A stretch of 64,000 bases of DNA from Halogeometricum limi (GCF_900115785.1 NZ_FOYS01000001.1:875582-939581); one strand, 5' to 3'; positions 37,986-49,264 are shown, counted from the first letter of the stretch. Translations and numbers: made by a program. The notes: a model not told the origin generated them from the sequence alone.

Positions 37986-38438
37986 CTACGCCGACTCCAG
38001 TCGCCGTAACTGCCGAGCGACCGCGTCGGGCGTCGCCCCCGACGCGTCCGAGACGCGGTGGTCGGGGACGAACAGCGGAACCGGGTTCTCGCGGAGTGCC
38101 GCCCGCGCCGTCGCCACGTCGTCCTCGTCGTCGGGGTCCAGGTCAGCCATCCGCATCACGCGGCGGAGTTCGAGCGTCTCGCCGTAGGGGAGTTTCCGCA
38201 CGGCGTCCAGCACTCGGCGGTGGTCCGTCGGGACGGTCAACGCCACGGGCACGTCGTCGAAGTGGTCCTCCGAACCGGCGAGGTAGTCGTCGACGCGGTC
38301 CAAGAGCGGATGGTCGGGTTCGGCGTCGGACGGGAGCGACGCGGGAAAGGAGACGCTGATGACGCTCCCACTCGCGACACCGAGTTGCACCGCCCGGTCG
38401 AGTCCGTCGAACTCGCGGGCAAACACGCCAGCGTTCAT
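37986..38438 (-). CDS. MGMT-family (alkyltransferase-like) protein with active-site Cys replaced by Asp
   Basis: LPYGETLEL...ENPVPLFVPDHRV matches the Ogt DNA-binding domain, except that PCHRV is PDHRV here. Confidence 0.55.
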   Translation of the reverse strand: MNAGVFAREFDGLDRAVQLGVASGSVISVSFPASLPSDAEPDHPLLDRVDDYLAGSEDHFDDVPVALTVPTDHRRVLDAVRKLPYGETLELRRVMRMADLDPDDEDDVATARAALRENPVPLFVPDHRVSDASGATPDAVARQLRRLESA

Positions 38439-38519
38439 GAACGTCGGTTGGCCGCGACCACCCTTGAACCTTGACGACGACGCGCAAGCCTTATGTGCAG
38501 ATGAGTGCGTTATTGTACA

Positions 38520-39305
38520 ATGATGAACGCTAGTGAGGATTCACTCGCGCCCGAGGTCCGGTCTATCCTCGACGCCGCGAGAGACCGACCCGGCGGCGAC
38601 GAACGGGTCTCGGTGACGGCGCGGTCGTTCCCCGACGCCGTCGCCGCGACGGAGGCGGCGGGTCGCGTGCCCGTCGTCGCGGAGGTCAAACCCACCAGTC
38701 CGACAACCGACGGCGAACGCACCGATGACCCCGTCGAACTCGCCCGCGAGATGGTCGCGGGCGGCGCGACTGCGCTGTCGGTGCTGACCGAACCGGACCA
38801 CTTCGGCGGGTCCGTGGAGAACCTCCGACGCATCCGCGAGGCCGTCGACGTCCCCGTCCTCCGCAAGGACTTCGTCGTGAAGGAGTCGCAACTGGACGCC
38901 GTCGAGTCCGACCTGGTCCTCCTCATCGCGCGGTTCGTTCCGGACGACCTCTCTGACCTCGTCGCTGCCGCGCGCGAACGCGGGTTCCAACCCCTCGTCG
39001 AGGTTCACAGTCGCGCGGAACTCGAACGCGCACTCGACGCGGGTGCGGACATCGTCGGCGTCAACAACCGGGACCTGGGGAAGTTGGACGTCGACCTCGA
39101 AACGTTCGAGTCCGTCGCGCCCCACGTTCCGGACGACGTGACGCTCCTCGCGGAGAGCGGTATCCTGACGGCCGAGGACGCTCGCCGCATGCGGGCGGCG
39201 GGCGCGGACGCCCTCCTCATCGGCACCGCCATCATGGACGGCGACGTCCGAGAGAACACAGAACGGTTCGCGACTGCGACACCGGAGACGGAGAAATTAG
39301 AATGA
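38520..39305 (+). CDS. trpC: Indole-3-glycerol-phosphate synthase
   Basis: Motifs [20 protein letters not shown] and the [11 protein letters not shown] barrel. Confidence 0.9.
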   Translation: MMNASEDSLAPEVRSILDAARDRPGGDERVSVTARSFPDAVAATEAAGRVPVVAEVKPTSPTTDGERTDDPVELAREMVAGGATALSVLTEPDHFGGSVENLRRIREAVDVPVLRKDFVVKESQLDAVESDLVLLIARFVPDDLSDLVAAARERGFQPLVEVHSRAELERALDAGADIVGVNNRDLGKLDVDLETFESVAPHVPDDVTLLAESGILTAEDARRMRAAGADALLIGTAIMDGDVRENTERFATATPETEKLE

Positions 39306-40549
39306 GCAAGACACGCTTCGACGGGAAGTTCGGCGACTACGGAGGACAGTACGTTCCCGAGGCACTCATGCCGGCCATCGAGGAACTCGAAGACGCGTAC
39401 GAGCGGTACGTGTTGGCGAACGAGGACGGCTTCATGGACGAGTTCCGCGAACGCCTCGCGGACTTCGGCGGGCGACCGACGCCCACGCAGTACGCCGAAC
39501 GCCTCTCGGAACGGTACGACCGCGACGTGTACCTGAAGCGCGAGGACCTCCTCCACGGGGGCGCGCACAAACTCAACAACGCGCTGGGACAGGTACTCCT
39601 CGCGAAGTACATGGGCAAAGAGCGCATCGTCGCCGAGACGGGCGCGGGACAGCACGGGACGGCGACGGCGATGGCCGCCGCGCACCTCGACATGCCCTGT
39701 GAGGTGTACATGGGCGAACGCGACATCAACCGCCAGCGACCCAACGTGTTCCGGATGAAACTCAACGGGTCGGAGGTCAACCCGGTGACCGTCGGTCGCG
39801 GGACGCTGAAGGAGGCCATCTCCGAGACGATGCGCGACTGGGCGACGAACGTCGAAGACACCCACTACGTCATCGGCAGCGTCGTCGGTCCGCACCCGTT
39901 CCCGGCGATGGTTCGGGACTTCCAGTCGGTCATCTCCGAGGAGGCGCGCGAACAGATGCGCGAGAAGGCCGGAACGCTCCCCGACTCGGTCCTCGCCTGC
40001 GCGGGCGGCGGGTCGAACACGATGGGCGCGTTCGCCGAGTTCGTCGACGACGACGGGGTCGAACTGTACGCCGTCGAAGCCGGTGGTTCGACGCTCGACG
40101 TGGACGAGGAGGCGGGCGTCGCGCCCAACTCCGCGTCGCTCTCCACCGGTTCCGAGGGCGTCCTCCACGGCGCGCGAACGAAACTCTTGCAGGACCGAGA
40201 CGGCCAGATAATGGAGAGTCACAGCGTCTCGTCCGGCCTCGACTACGCCGGTGTCGGCCCCGAACTCGCCTACCTCGTCGACGAGGGGCGCGTGCGGGCC
40301 GTCAACGTCGACGACGACGCCGCACTCACCGCGTTCCACCGCCTCTCGCAGTTGGAGGGGGTGATTCCCGCACTGGAGACGGCGCACGCCTTCGCTTACC
40401 TCGAAGCGAACGACGAGGAACTCGGCGACACCGTGCTGGTGAACGTCTCCGGTCGCGGCGACAAGGACCTCGAATCCGTCATCGAGGAGACGGCACAGCG
40501 AGACATCGACATCGCACCCGACATGGACGCGTTCGCGGGGGGGTTCTGA
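39302..40549 (+). CDS. trpB: Tryptophan synthase beta subunit
   Basis: PLP-enzyme motifs ([16 protein letters not shown]). ATGA-coupled to trpC. Confidence 0.9.
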   Translation: MSKTRFDGKFGDYGGQYVPEALMPAIEELEDAYERYVLANEDGFMDEFRERLADFGGRPTPTQYAERLSERYDRDVYLKREDLLHGGAHKLNNALGQVLLAKYMGKERIVAETGAGQHGTATAMAAAHLDMPCEVYMGERDINRQRPNVFRMKLNGSEVNPVTVGRGTLKEAISETMRDWATNVEDTHYVIGSVVGPHPFPAMVRDFQSVISEEAREQMREKAGTLPDSVLACAGGGSNTMGAFAEFVDDDGVELYAVEAGGSTLDVDEEAGVAPNSASLSTGSEGVLHGARTKLLQDRDGQIMESHSVSSGLDYAGVGPELAYLVDEGRVRAVNVDDDAALTAFHRLSQLEGVIPALETAHAFAYLEANDEELGDTVLVNVSGRGDKDLESVIEETAQRDIDIAPDMDAFAGGF

Positions 40550-40550
40550 G

Positions 40551-41393
40551 ATGAGCAACCCCGAACTGGACGCCGCTTTCGCCGACGGCGCGGCGTTCGT
40601 CCCCTACCTCGCGGCGGGCGACCCGGACTTCGAGTCGTCAATCGAGTACGTCGAAGCGCTCGAACGCGGCGGAGCCGACGTCATCGAACTCGGCCTGCCG
40701 TTCTCCGAACCCATCGCGGAGGGGCCGACGATTCAAGAGGCCGTCGTGCGGTCGCTCGAAGGCGGGATGACGCCCGCGCGGTTCTTCGAGTTCGTGGAGG
40801 CACTCGACGTGGACGTGCCACTCGTCTGCATGACGTACTACAACCTCATCTACCAGTACGGGGATGAATCCGGCCCCCGACCGTTCGTCGAGAAGGCCGC
40901 CGAACTCGGCCTCTCCGGGTTCGTGGTTCCGGACCTCCCCGCCGAGGAGGCGGACCCCCTCCGCGAGGCGTGCGACGAGTTCGGTCTCGACCTCGTGTTC
41001 ATCGTCGCGCCGACGACGCGCGGGGACCGACTCGAACGCATCATGGAACAGGTCTCGGGGTACGTCTACGTGCAGGCGCGTCTCGGCGTGACGGGCGCAC
41101 AGGACGACGTCTCCGGGCAGACGGCCGCGAGTCTCGACCGCCTCTCGGCGTACGACGTACCCAAAGCGGTCGGGTTCGGAATCAAGACCGGCGACCACGC
41201 CGAACGCATCGTCGAAGGCGGTGCGGACGGCATCATCGTCGGGAGCGCCCTCGTCGACATCGTGGCGGAGGGCCACGAGAACGGTGACGACGCGGCGACG
41301 GTGGCGGCGCGACTCGAAGAGAAAGCGCGCGAACTGAAAGACGGCGCAGAGCGCGGATTGGCGCAACGTGCGCCCCAAGCAGAACGCACATAA
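40551..41393 (+). CDS. trpA: Tryptophan synthase alpha subunit
   Basis: Motifs ELGLPFSEP and GFGI. Confidence 0.9.
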   Translation: MSNPELDAAFADGAAFVPYLAAGDPDFESSIEYVEALERGGADVIELGLPFSEPIAEGPTIQEAVVRSLEGGMTPARFFEFVEALDVDVPLVCMTYYNLIYQYGDESGPRPFVEKAAELGLSGFVVPDLPAEEADPLREACDEFGLDLVFIVAPTTRGDRLERIMEQVSGYVYVQARLGVTGAQDDVSGQTAASLDRLSAYDVPKAVGFGIKTGDHAERIVEGGADGIIVGSALVDIVAEGHENGDDAATVAARLEEKARELKDGAERGLAQRAPQAERT

Positions 41394-41434
41394 CGACGCA
41401 TTTGCTACACACTCCCATACCTAACTCACATACC

Positions 41435-42229
41435 ATGGACGTAGGAATCTCAGCACGACTCGAACGTATCTCGACAGGCGGACGATATCTCGTCGTCCCG
41501 ATGGACCACGGAATCACACTCGGCCCGGTGAAGGGCCTCGTCGATTTGGAGACGACCGTCGACGCCATCACGCGCGGCGGCGCGGACGCCGTCCTCACGC
41601 AGAAGGGTGTCGCCCGGCGCGTCCACCCGAAGAAGAACGGCAAAGGCTACATCGTCCACCTCAACGGGTCGACGGTCATCGGCCCGGACTCGAACGACAA
41701 ACGACTCACCGGGTCGGTCGAAGAAGCCCTCCGCGCCGGCGCGGACGCCGTCTCGTTCCACATGAACGTCGGGAGCGAACACGAACCCGAACAGATGACG
41801 CAACTCGGCGAACTCACCGAGAAAGCCCACCGATACGGCGTTCCGGTCCTCGCGATGAACTACGCTCGCGGAGACGACATCGACCCCCACGACCCGGAGA
41901 ACCTCGCGCACGCCGTCCGCCTCGCGGAGGAACTCGGAGCCGACGTGGTGAAGACGGCGTACAGCGGCGACCCCGACTCCTTCGAACGCGTCTGCGAGGC
42001 GACGCGTCTCCCCGTCGTCATCGCCGGCGGCAGTCGCGGGACGGACCGACAGACTATCGAGATGGTTCGCGGCGCGATGGACGGTGGTGCCGCGGGCGTG
42101 TCGATGGGGCGGTCCATCTTCCAACACGACGACCCTGAATCCATCACCCGCGCGGTCAGTGCGGTCATTCACGACGACGCCGACGCCGAAACCGCCCTCC
42201 GCGAGGCCGGACTGGGTATCGAGGCCTAA
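41435..42229 (+). CDS. aroA': 2-amino-3,7-dideoxy-D-threo-hept-6-ulosonate synthase (archaeal aroA', DhnA-type class I aldolase)
   Basis: DhnA-family motifs including the Schiff-base Lys (DVVKTAY) and LVVPMDHG. Confidence 0.8.
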   Translation: MDVGISARLERISTGGRYLVVPMDHGITLGPVKGLVDLETTVDAITRGGADAVLTQKGVARRVHPKKNGKGYIVHLNGSTVIGPDSNDKRLTGSVEEALRAGADAVSFHMNVGSEHEPEQMTQLGELTEKAHRYGVPVLAMNYARGDDIDPHDPENLAHAVRLAEELGADVVKTAYSGDPDSFERVCEATRLPVVIAGGSRGTDRQTIEMVRGAMDGGAAGVSMGRSIFQHDDPESITRAVSAVIHDDADAETALREAGLGIEA

Positions 42230-42297
42230 CCTAACCCGCCCCGCGTCCCCAACTCTTCTCGCGCCCGTCCTCGACGCGCCCCGATAGCGGCGCGCCC

Positions 42298-43131
42298 CTA
42301 CGGCGCTTCGTCAGCCGGGTTCGACCCGTACACCGCCGGAATCCAGTTCTGCTCGTCGATGGGTGGTCGTTCGTAGTCCGACTCGGACTGCCGAGGCGGC
42401 AGGTCGATGGGGTCCGGCGTCAGGTCCCCGTAGTCGATGAGACTCAGGAGGTGCGTGATGCAGTTCAGTCGGGCGTGTCGCTTCACGTCGGCGTGGACGA
42501 CGTGCCACGGCGCTTCTTCGATGTCGGTGTGCTCGAACATCGCGTCTTTCGCCTCGGAGTACTCCGCCCACCGCGAACGCGCCGTCAGGTCCATCGGGCT
42601 GAGTTTCCACCGGCGCTTCGGGTCCTCGATTCGCTTTCGGAACCGACGCTCCTGTTCCTCGTGGCTGATGGAGAACCAGTACTTCACGAGGACGATACCC
42701 GACCGGACCAGCATCCGCTCGAACTCGGGACACGACCGGAGAAACTCCTCGTACTCCTCGTCGGTGCAAAAGCCCATCACTCGTTCGACGCCCGCGCGGT
42801 TGTACCAACTGCGGTCGAACAAGACCATCTCGCCCGCCGTCGGGAGATGTTCGACGTACCGTTGGAAGTACCACTGCCCGCGTTCTCGGTCCGTGGGGGT
42901 TCCGAGAGCGACGACGCGGGCGACGCGAGGATTGAGTCGTCGCGTGATTCGCTTGATGACGCCGCCTTTCCCGGCGGCGTCGCGCCCCTCGAAGACGACG
43001 CAGACGCGTAGTCCCTCCTCTTTCACCCAGTACTGGAGTTTGACCAACTCCTCTTGGAGACGGGCCAACTCGCGCTCGTAATGCTTCTTCTTCAGTACGC
43101 CCCGCTTGTTGTACCGCTCCTCTGTCGACAC
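42298..43131 (-). CDS. Polyphosphate kinase 2 (PPK2)
   Basis: Walker A FEGRDAAGKGG and PPK2 lid motifs (LFDRSWYNR). Confidence 0.85.
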   Translation of the reverse strand: MSTEERYNKRGVLKKKHYERELARLQEELVKLQYWVKEEGLRVCVVFEGRDAAGKGGVIKRITRRLNPRVARVVALGTPTDRERGQWYFQRYVEHLPTAGEMVLFDRSWYNRAGVERVMGFCTDEEYEEFLRSCPEFERMLVRSGIVLVKYWFSISHEEQERRFRKRIEDPKRRWKLSPMDLTARSRWAEYSEAKDAMFEHTDIEEAPWHVVHADVKRHARLNCITHLLSLIDYGDLTPDPIDLPPRQSESDYERPPIDEQNWIPAVYGSNPADEAP

Positions 43132-43341
43132 ACTCGCTCACGTTCTCTCGACAGCCAGCGGACATATAGTGTATTGCTCGCCGCTGTGACTGTCACGGAG
43201 GGTGACTCGGCTCTCCCGGAGTCCGCAGAGACGCCTCGAACGGACAGCATCGGTGGATATCTCGGTTTGATATCGCGGCATTCGATACATCAACTGCAGA
43301 ACGGCGCGACAGTTCGGCCGTGGAGCGGTGGTCGGTTCGAC

Positions 43342-44454
43342 TCACGCCCCGACGACGAGTTCCGGTTCGATGTCGAGAAATCGCCCGACATCTCGGACTT
43401 CCGATTCGAGCGCGGTCTCGTCGGGAAGGACCTCGAACGGGTTGACGCGAACGGTCGGGGTCTTCGCCGACCGGTCGAGCCGCCACGTTCCGACGACGGC
43501 ACCGTCCGCGACGATGGTCGGCCGGACGACACCGGCACCGGGCCAGACCTGCGACCGGAACTCGGGTGGGACGGGTCGGTTCTCCGTCGCGTAGCCGAGG
43601 AGAGACGTGTCGTACGCGGGCAGCAGCCTCAGTACTGGTTCGCGCTCCTCTACCCCGTCGAGAGCGTCGGCGTCGAGCAGTCGTGCCGGCGAGCCTTCGA
43701 CGTCGACCCCCGTCGTCGTCTCGCGGAGAGACTCCCAGGCGGGCTTCGCGTCGCGCGTGAGGAGACCGGACCACGCGACGAAGTCGTGGAGCGTCGCGGG
43801 TTGAAACGCCGCGAGGTACCGTCTCGCCAGTCGTTCGCACGCGGCCTCTCTAGTGCGGTCCTCGGCCGGACGTTCCGACACCTCCAAGAGGGCGTACGCG
43901 TTCGCGCCGTCCTTCGGTGCGGTCTCACGGAGGACGCCACGGAGCGCGGCCTGCCGGACGAGGAAGTTCGGCGCCTGACTCCGAGGGTCGACGTCGATAC
44001 CGTCCGCTCGCAGTCGGTCTGCCAGTTCGACGAGCGTCAGCGGTCCGTCGTCGCCGAGAGACGTTCGGATGCGAGCGACCGCCCGTTCTACCGTCGGTTC
44101 GTCGAGTCCCATCTCCGCGAGTCGTTTCGATTCCGGACCGCGCGCGGTGAACCGTGGGCCGAGAAGCGAGAGTAGCCACGGCACGTCCTCGGCCGCGAAC
44201 AGGTGAAGCGTCCCCCGCATGCACCACGTTCGGACGACGTTCTCGTCCTCGTACAGCGCTCGGTCGACGTCGGCGGCGACCGAACCGGGGAGTCGGGGAC
44301 GGACGGAGAGCGCCATCGCGGTTTTGTCCTGCGCTTGGAGACCACAGACGCGGCGTGCGACGGACGCCACCGTCTCACCGGCCGGCGGTGACGACAGCCC
44401 TTGCGACGCGAACCGGACGCGGTCCGCGACCGCACGGGAGAGTGACCGAGTCAT
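43342..44454 (-). CDS. Winged-helix DNA glycosylase-like protein (AlkZ/YcaQ, DUF1006 family)
   Basis: Family-typical QxQD motif region (CGLQAQD) and length of 371 aa. The start was chosen at the ATG at 44454. Confidence 0.65.
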   Translation of the reverse strand: MTRSLSRAVADRVRFASQGLSSPPAGETVASVARRVCGLQAQDKTAMALSVRPRLPGSVAADVDRALYEDENVVRTWCMRGTLHLFAAEDVPWLLSLLGPRFTARGPESKRLAEMGLDEPTVERAVARIRTSLGDDGPLTLVELADRLRADGIDVDPRSQAPNFLVRQAALRGVLRETAPKDGANAYALLEVSERPAEDRTREAACERLARRYLAAFQPATLHDFVAWSGLLTRDAKPAWESLRETTTGVDVEGSPARLLDADALDGVEEREPVLRLLPAYDTSLLGYATENRPVPPEFRSQVWPGAGVVRPTIVADGAVVGTWRLDRSAKTPTVRVNPFEVLPDETALESEVRDVGRFLDIEPELVVGA

Positions 44455-44478
44455 ACGACTGAGAGACGACCCGGATTC

Positions 44479-44490
44479 GTATATAAATAG
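44479..44490 (-). promoter_or_regulatory. TATA box (GTATATAAATAG) 25-36 nt upstream of the AlkZ-like gene start; likely a leaderless transcript
   Basis: AT-rich element at the archaeal promoter distance from the ATG at 44454. Confidence 0.35.
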
Positions 44491-44633
44491 GGCCACGATA
44501 CACCGCGTGTTGCGATACGGAATCGGCTCTCGCGGTCGAACGGCGACCCGGTTCCGCGGCGACGGACGGCCGCCGTCCGGCAAACCTCCGGAGAGTCGCC
44601 ACGCTTTAGCCCCGTCACCGAGTCTCTCCGACG

Positions 44634-45818
44634 ATGACACGGAGCGTCTGGCTGAAGGCCGACGACAGCGTCGGCGACTGGGAGACCCGGAAACGACGGA
44701 TAACCGCGGGTCTCGAAGCGGGAGTCGACTGGGTGCTGGTAGACGAATCCGACGTCGAACGCGTTCGGTCGTTAGGCGACGTGAACGTCGCCGCCTTCCG
44801 CACGGACGCGGACGCGAGCCTCATCGACAACGTCGAAGAGGCCGAAGAACCGGACGACGCCGCTCTCGCCGACACCTACGTCGTCGGCAAGGACGGCGAG
44901 GGTGACGGCACCGTCGACTTACCCGGTGACCTCTCCGGTTCCGCGGACCTGACCACGCTCCGCCGCGGCGACAACCGCGCGAACGCCGCCTACGTCCGCA
45001 TCCTCGCGAAAGAGTACGAGACGTTCGCGGAGACGGCCGCCCAAGACGCCGACTACACCATCGTCGTCGGCGAGGACTGGACCATCATCCCGCTCGAGAA
45101 CCTCATCGCCCGAATCGGCGAGGAGACGGACCTCATCGCGGGCGTCACCTCCGCCGACGAAGCGCGCGCCGCGTTCGAGACGCTCGAAATCGGTGCCGAC
45201 GGCGTCCTGTTGGACAGCGACGACCCCGACGAGATTCGTCGGACCGTCGAGGTCCGCGAGGCCGCAGAACGCGAGTCGCTCGACCTGAAGTGGGCCGAGG
45301 TGACGAGCGTCGAACGGACGGGGATGGCAGACCGCGTCTGCGTCGACACGGGTAGCCTGATGGAACACGACGAGGGGATGCTCGTCGGGAGCATGGGCCG
45401 CGGTCTGTTCTTCGTCCACGCGGAGACGGCCGAGTCGCCGTACGTCGCGTCCCGACCGTTCCGCGTCAACGCCGGTGCGGTCCACGCCTACGTGCGGACG
45501 CCCGGGGGCGGGACGAAGTATCTCTCCGAACTGAAGAGCGGCGACGAGGTCCAAGTCGTCGACACCGAGGGCCGGACGCGCGAGGCCATCGTCGGGCGCG
45601 TCAAGATAGAGAAGCGACCGATGTTCCGCGTCGAGGCGACGGTCGAAGACGACCGCATCGAGACGCTCTTGCAGAACGCCGAGACCATCAAAGTCCAGAC
45701 GCGCGAGGGTCGCAAGGCGGTCACGGACCTCGAACCGGGCGACGAAGTCCTCCTCTACTACGAGGACACCGCCCGACACTTCGGCGAAGCGGTCGAAGAG
45801 AGCATCATCGAGAAGTAA
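44634..45818 (+). CDS. aroB': 3-dehydroquinate synthase II (archaeal aroB')
   Basis: Archaeal DHQS-II family pattern of about 390 aa, adjacent to aroA' and aroD. Confidence 0.8.
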   Translation: MTRSVWLKADDSVGDWETRKRRITAGLEAGVDWVLVDESDVERVRSLGDVNVAAFRTDADASLIDNVEEAEEPDDAALADTYVVGKDGEGDGTVDLPGDLSGSADLTTLRRGDNRANAAYVRILAKEYETFAETAAQDADYTIVVGEDWTIIPLENLIARIGEETDLIAGVTSADEARAAFETLEIGADGVLLDSDDPDEIRRTVEVREAAERESLDLKWAEVTSVERTGMADRVCVDTGSLMEHDEGMLVGSMGRGLFFVHAETAESPYVASRPFRVNAGAVHAYVRTPGGGTKYLSELKSGDEVQVVDTEGRTREAIVGRVKIEKRPMFRVEATVEDDRIETLLQNAETIKVQTREGRKAVTDLEPGDEVLLYYEDTARHFGEAVEESIIEK

Positions 45819-45861
45819 CGGCCTGTCGCCTCCGTTCTCACGTCGTCCTCTCGCGCGACGC

Positions 45862-46299
45862 TCACTCCGTCTCCGAGCGCACGCTCTCGGCGTCGAACGT
45901 TTCGGGGCCGCGCGGTGGGGTCTCGAACTCGGTGGCGCACCACGGACAGAACGTCACCTCGGGGTCGAGTTCGCCGCGACAGACGGGACACTGGAGGCCG
46001 TCGGACCGAGGGTGGCCCCGCGCGGCGAGGTAGTACGCGTCGAACGCACTCAAGAACAGGAGGACGAAAATCGGTGCCGTCACCTCGGACGGGAGGTCGG
46101 TGAGAGACGCCATCGTCAGCGTCGTCGGGTCCACGGACACCGACACGAGGACGAGACCGACGCCGAGGACGAACGTGAACCACGCGAACCCGCGACGCCA
46201 CTCGCGGAGGTAGACGTGACCGGCACCGGCGACGCCGACGCTCGCACCCAGTACGCCGACGAGGGCGGCTATCAGTGCGCGACGACGTGTGTCCGTCAT
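45862..46299 (-). CDS. Membrane protein with a C-terminal zinc ribbon
   Basis: Three TM segments, then CPVCRGE...CPWC. Confidence 0.55.
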   Translation of the reverse strand: MTDTRRRALIAALVGVLGASVGVAGAGHVYLREWRRGFAWFTFVLGVGLVLVSVSVDPTTLTMASLTDLPSEVTAPIFVLLFLSAFDAYYLAARGHPRSDGLQCPVCRGELDPEVTFCPWCATEFETPPRGPETFDAESVRSETE

Positions 46300-46327
46300 C
46301 GTGCGTCTCCCGATGATTCCCCCGTGC

Positions 46328-47023
46328 TTAAGTTTCGGGTTTCTTTTTGAGACTGTCAGTTAGACGTGAAAGTGACGCGAGGTCGTACTGGCCGGGAGCC
46401 GTCGCCTCGGCGGCGCGAACGGGGGCGTAGCCGATTTTCGACCCGTAGACGGGTGCGACCGCCCGGGTGTGCCGTCCCGCCTCGCCCATCCCCATCGTCG
46501 CCACGGTGTCGCCCCAGGTCGTCGCGGCGTGCGTCGCCGACAGGAGTCTGAGCGCGTCGTCGCGACTGGTCGCGGTGACGGCCACTTTCCCGACGTCGCC
46601 GACTCGCGCGGCCTCGTGCAGCAGTCGACGGAGTTCCGAGGTGGCGGGCGTCCCCTCGAAGTCGTGGACCGAGGCGACGACGGCGGCGTCCGCGTCGCGG
46701 ACGCGTCCGGCGGTCGACGCCCCGCGCTTGGTCCGAAGCGCGTCGAGTTCGACGTCGACGGCGGCGACGGCGTCGTACCGCGCGGCGCGTTCGAGCGAGG
46801 CGAGTCGTCCGTCTTCGTCCGCCTCCGACGCGCCGCCCTCCCAGGACGCTCGGTTCGTCACCAACAGCGGAAGTTCGCCGTCGTACCCGTCGAGTTCGGT
46901 CAGGGGGTCCTCGGCGAGGTCCATCCGGAACTCGACCGCGTCGGCGTGTTCGCGCGCCGCGGGTTCGTCTTCGAGCGTCGCGGTACTCGCCGCCAAGACG
47001 AACGAGTCGAACGAGAGGTGCAT
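46328..47023 (-). CDS. aroD: Type I 3-dehydroquinate dehydratase
   Basis: AroD-family pattern (AVEFRMDL, catalytic region VASVHDFEGTP). Confidence 0.8.
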   Translation of the reverse strand: MHLSFDSFVLAASTATLEDEPAAREHADAVEFRMDLAEDPLTELDGYDGELPLLVTNRASWEGGASEADEDGRLASLERAARYDAVAAVDVELDALRTKRGASTAGRVRDADAAVVASVHDFEGTPATSELRRLLHEAARVGDVGKVAVTATSRDDALRLLSATHAATTWGDTVATMGMGEAGRHTRAVAPVYGSKIGYAPVRAAEATAPGQYDLASLSRLTDSLKKKPET

Positions 47024-47173
47024 ACGGTCACCTCGCGTGCGCCGTGACTAAATCCTTTCTCGGGCGGCGACGCTCGCGGTGCGGTCGCTCGGCGGTGTGA
47101 TAAACGGAGACAGCGGACGGTCGTGAACGTGCAGAACGCGCAGAACGCGAGTCGTCGCGGTTCGGCCGCGGAC

Positions 47174-48217
47174 TCAGGCGAGGCCGAGACTCTCCTCGGC
47201 TTCGAGGAGTTCGTGGTAGCGGTTGCGGATGGTGACTTCCGAGATGTCAGCGACTTCGCTGACGGCGGCCTGCGTCGTCTTCTCGTTCGTGAGGAGGGCG
47301 GCGGCGTAGACGGCGGCGGCCGCGAGGCCGACCGGCGACTTGCCCGAGTGGACGCCCTTCTCCTTCGCGTTCTTCAGCAGTTGACGCGCGCGCATCTTCG
47401 ACTCGTCGGAGAGACCGAGTTCCGAGCCGAACCGCGGGACGTACTGTTCGGGGTCGGCGGGCTTGACCTCCAAGGAGAGTTCGCGAGCGATGTAGCGGTA
47501 GGTGCGGGCGACTTCGCTCTTCTCGACGCGGGAGACCTCCGAAATCTCGTCGAGCGACCGCGGCACGCCGGCCATGCGGGCGGCGGCGTAGACGCACGAC
47601 GTGGCGACGCCCTCGATGGAGCGTCCGGGGAGCAGGTCGTCTTCGAGCGCACGACGGTAGATGACGGAGGCCGTCTCGCGGACGTTCTCGGGGAGGCCGA
47701 GGGCGGAGGCCATCCGGTCTATCTCGCCGAGCGCCTGCTTCAGGTTGCGCTCTTTGGAGTCGCGCGTGCGGAACCGCTCGTTCCACTTGCGCAGACGCTG
47801 CATCTTCTGTCGCTGGTTCGACGACAGCGAGTTCCCGTACGCGTCTCGGTCGCGCCAGTCGATGTTCGTCGACAGACCCTTGTCGTGCATCGTGTTCGTC
47901 GTCGGCGCGCCGACGCGGGACTTCTGGTCCTTCTCGGCGGCGTCGAACGCGCGCCACTCGGGGCCGCGGTCGACGGAGTCCTCGGTGACGACGAGGCCGC
48001 AGTCGTCACACACCGTCTCTCCGTGTTCGTCGTCGACGACGACGTTACCGCCGCACTCCGGGCAGACGAGGTCCTCGGAGGTACTCTCCGATTCGGTCTC
48101 CTCTTCGTCCGACTGTCGGCCCCACTTCTGGCCCATGGACCGCCGCTGGGTGTTGGTCTCGCTTTCTTCCTCTTTCGTTCTCGCGTTCCGGCGAGTGAAG
48201 GTGCTCTTCTCGCTCAT
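47174..48217 (-). CDS. tfb: Transcription initiation factor IIB (TFB) paralog
   Basis: N-terminal Zn ribbon CPECGG...CDDCG, B-linker and two cyclin-fold repeats. The ATG at 48217 was chosen. Confidence 0.85.
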   Translation of the reverse strand: MSEKSTFTRRNARTKEEESETNTQRRSMGQKWGRQSDEEETESESTSEDLVCPECGGNVVVDDEHGETVCDDCGLVVTEDSVDRGPEWRAFDAAEKDQKSRVGAPTTNTMHDKGLSTNIDWRDRDAYGNSLSSNQRQKMQRLRKWNERFRTRDSKERNLKQALGEIDRMASALGLPENVRETASVIYRRALEDDLLPGRSIEGVATSCVYAAARMAGVPRSLDEISEVSRVEKSEVARTYRYIARELSLEVKPADPEQYVPRFGSELGLSDESKMRARQLLKNAKEKGVHSGKSPVGLAAAAVYAAALLTNEKTTQAAVSEVADISEVTIRNRYHELLEAEESLGLA

Positions 48218-48439
48218 GGATGTAGGCGACGAATGCTCCAGAGCACAGATACGACTGGGAAAACGGCCCGGAGCGTTCCGTACGACATAGAGCGATGATT
48301 CATACATAAGACGTTCGGAATCGCTCTCGCAGACGGGGCGCACAGGCCTTCGTATAGCTGTTTGTGAACGTGTATCGTGCACCTTATATACTATCGCCGA
48401 GTCGGAGTCTACATCCCGCGGGCGCTCCGAGGGCCGGGT

Positions 48440-49228
48440 ATGCGAGAGACGACTTCCGACTCCGGTCCCGGTTCGCCTCGCGTCGTCTCACTCGCGCCGA
48501 GTACGACGGCGACGCTCGACGCGATGGGTGCGGGCGACTGTCTCGTCGGCGTGACCGCTCACAGCGGGTTCGACGCGCCCACCGTCGGCGGGTGGTTGAA
48601 CCCGAACTACGACCGCATCGCCGAGTTGGACCCCGACCTCGTCTGCACGAGCGACGGCCTCCAGTCGGACGTGCGCGACGAACTCCTCGACAGGGGGTAC
48701 GACGTGTGCCACGTCGAACCCGGGCGACTCGCGGACGTCGTCGCGTCGTTCGAGACGGTGGGCGAAGCCGTCGGCCGTCCCGAGGCGGGCCACAGACTCG
48801 CCGAGGAGAGTCGGGCGCGACTCGCCGCCGTCGACGCGCGGACGCCCGAGGACGCCGCCCCCGTCGTCTACTGCGAGGAGTGGTCGGACCCGCCGATGGC
48901 CGCCGGGAACTGGGTCCCCGACGCCATCGAGGCGGCCGGCGGACGCTGCCCGTTCGTCCCCGCCGGCGAACGCTCCCGAGAGGTCGCTCGCGAAACGGTC
49001 GAAGCGGCCGCCCCCGACCACGTCGTCCTCCACCTGTGCGGTCACGGTGACCGGGTCTCAGCCGAGTCGTTTCGAGAACGCGGGTGGGATGTCGACGCCG
49101 CGGTACACGTCCTCGACGACTCGCTTTTGAACCAGCCGAGTCCGCACCTCCTCACGGGTATCGAGACGCTCGCGGACCTGATTCACGGCACGGACGACGC
49201 GAACGACGCGGCGTCGGCGGACGAATAA
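48440..49228 (+). CDS. Periplasmic-binding-protein (BtuF/FecB-like) ABC substrate-binding protein
   Basis: Class III PBP pattern (VVSLAPSTTATLDAMGAGDCLVGVT; LDPDLVC). 263 aa. Confidence 0.65.
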   Translation: MRETTSDSGPGSPRVVSLAPSTTATLDAMGAGDCLVGVTAHSGFDAPTVGGWLNPNYDRIAELDPDLVCTSDGLQSDVRDELLDRGYDVCHVEPGRLADVVASFETVGEAVGRPEAGHRLAEESRARLAAVDARTPEDAAPVVYCEEWSDPPMAAGNWVPDAIEAAGGRCPFVPAGERSREVARETVEAAAPDHVVLHLCGHGDRVSAESFRERGWDVDAAVHVLDDSLLNQPSPHLLTGIETLADLIHGTDDANDAASADE

Positions 49229-49264
49229 CGACACGCCCAAACCGGTTCCCGGTGAGGTCGACCC

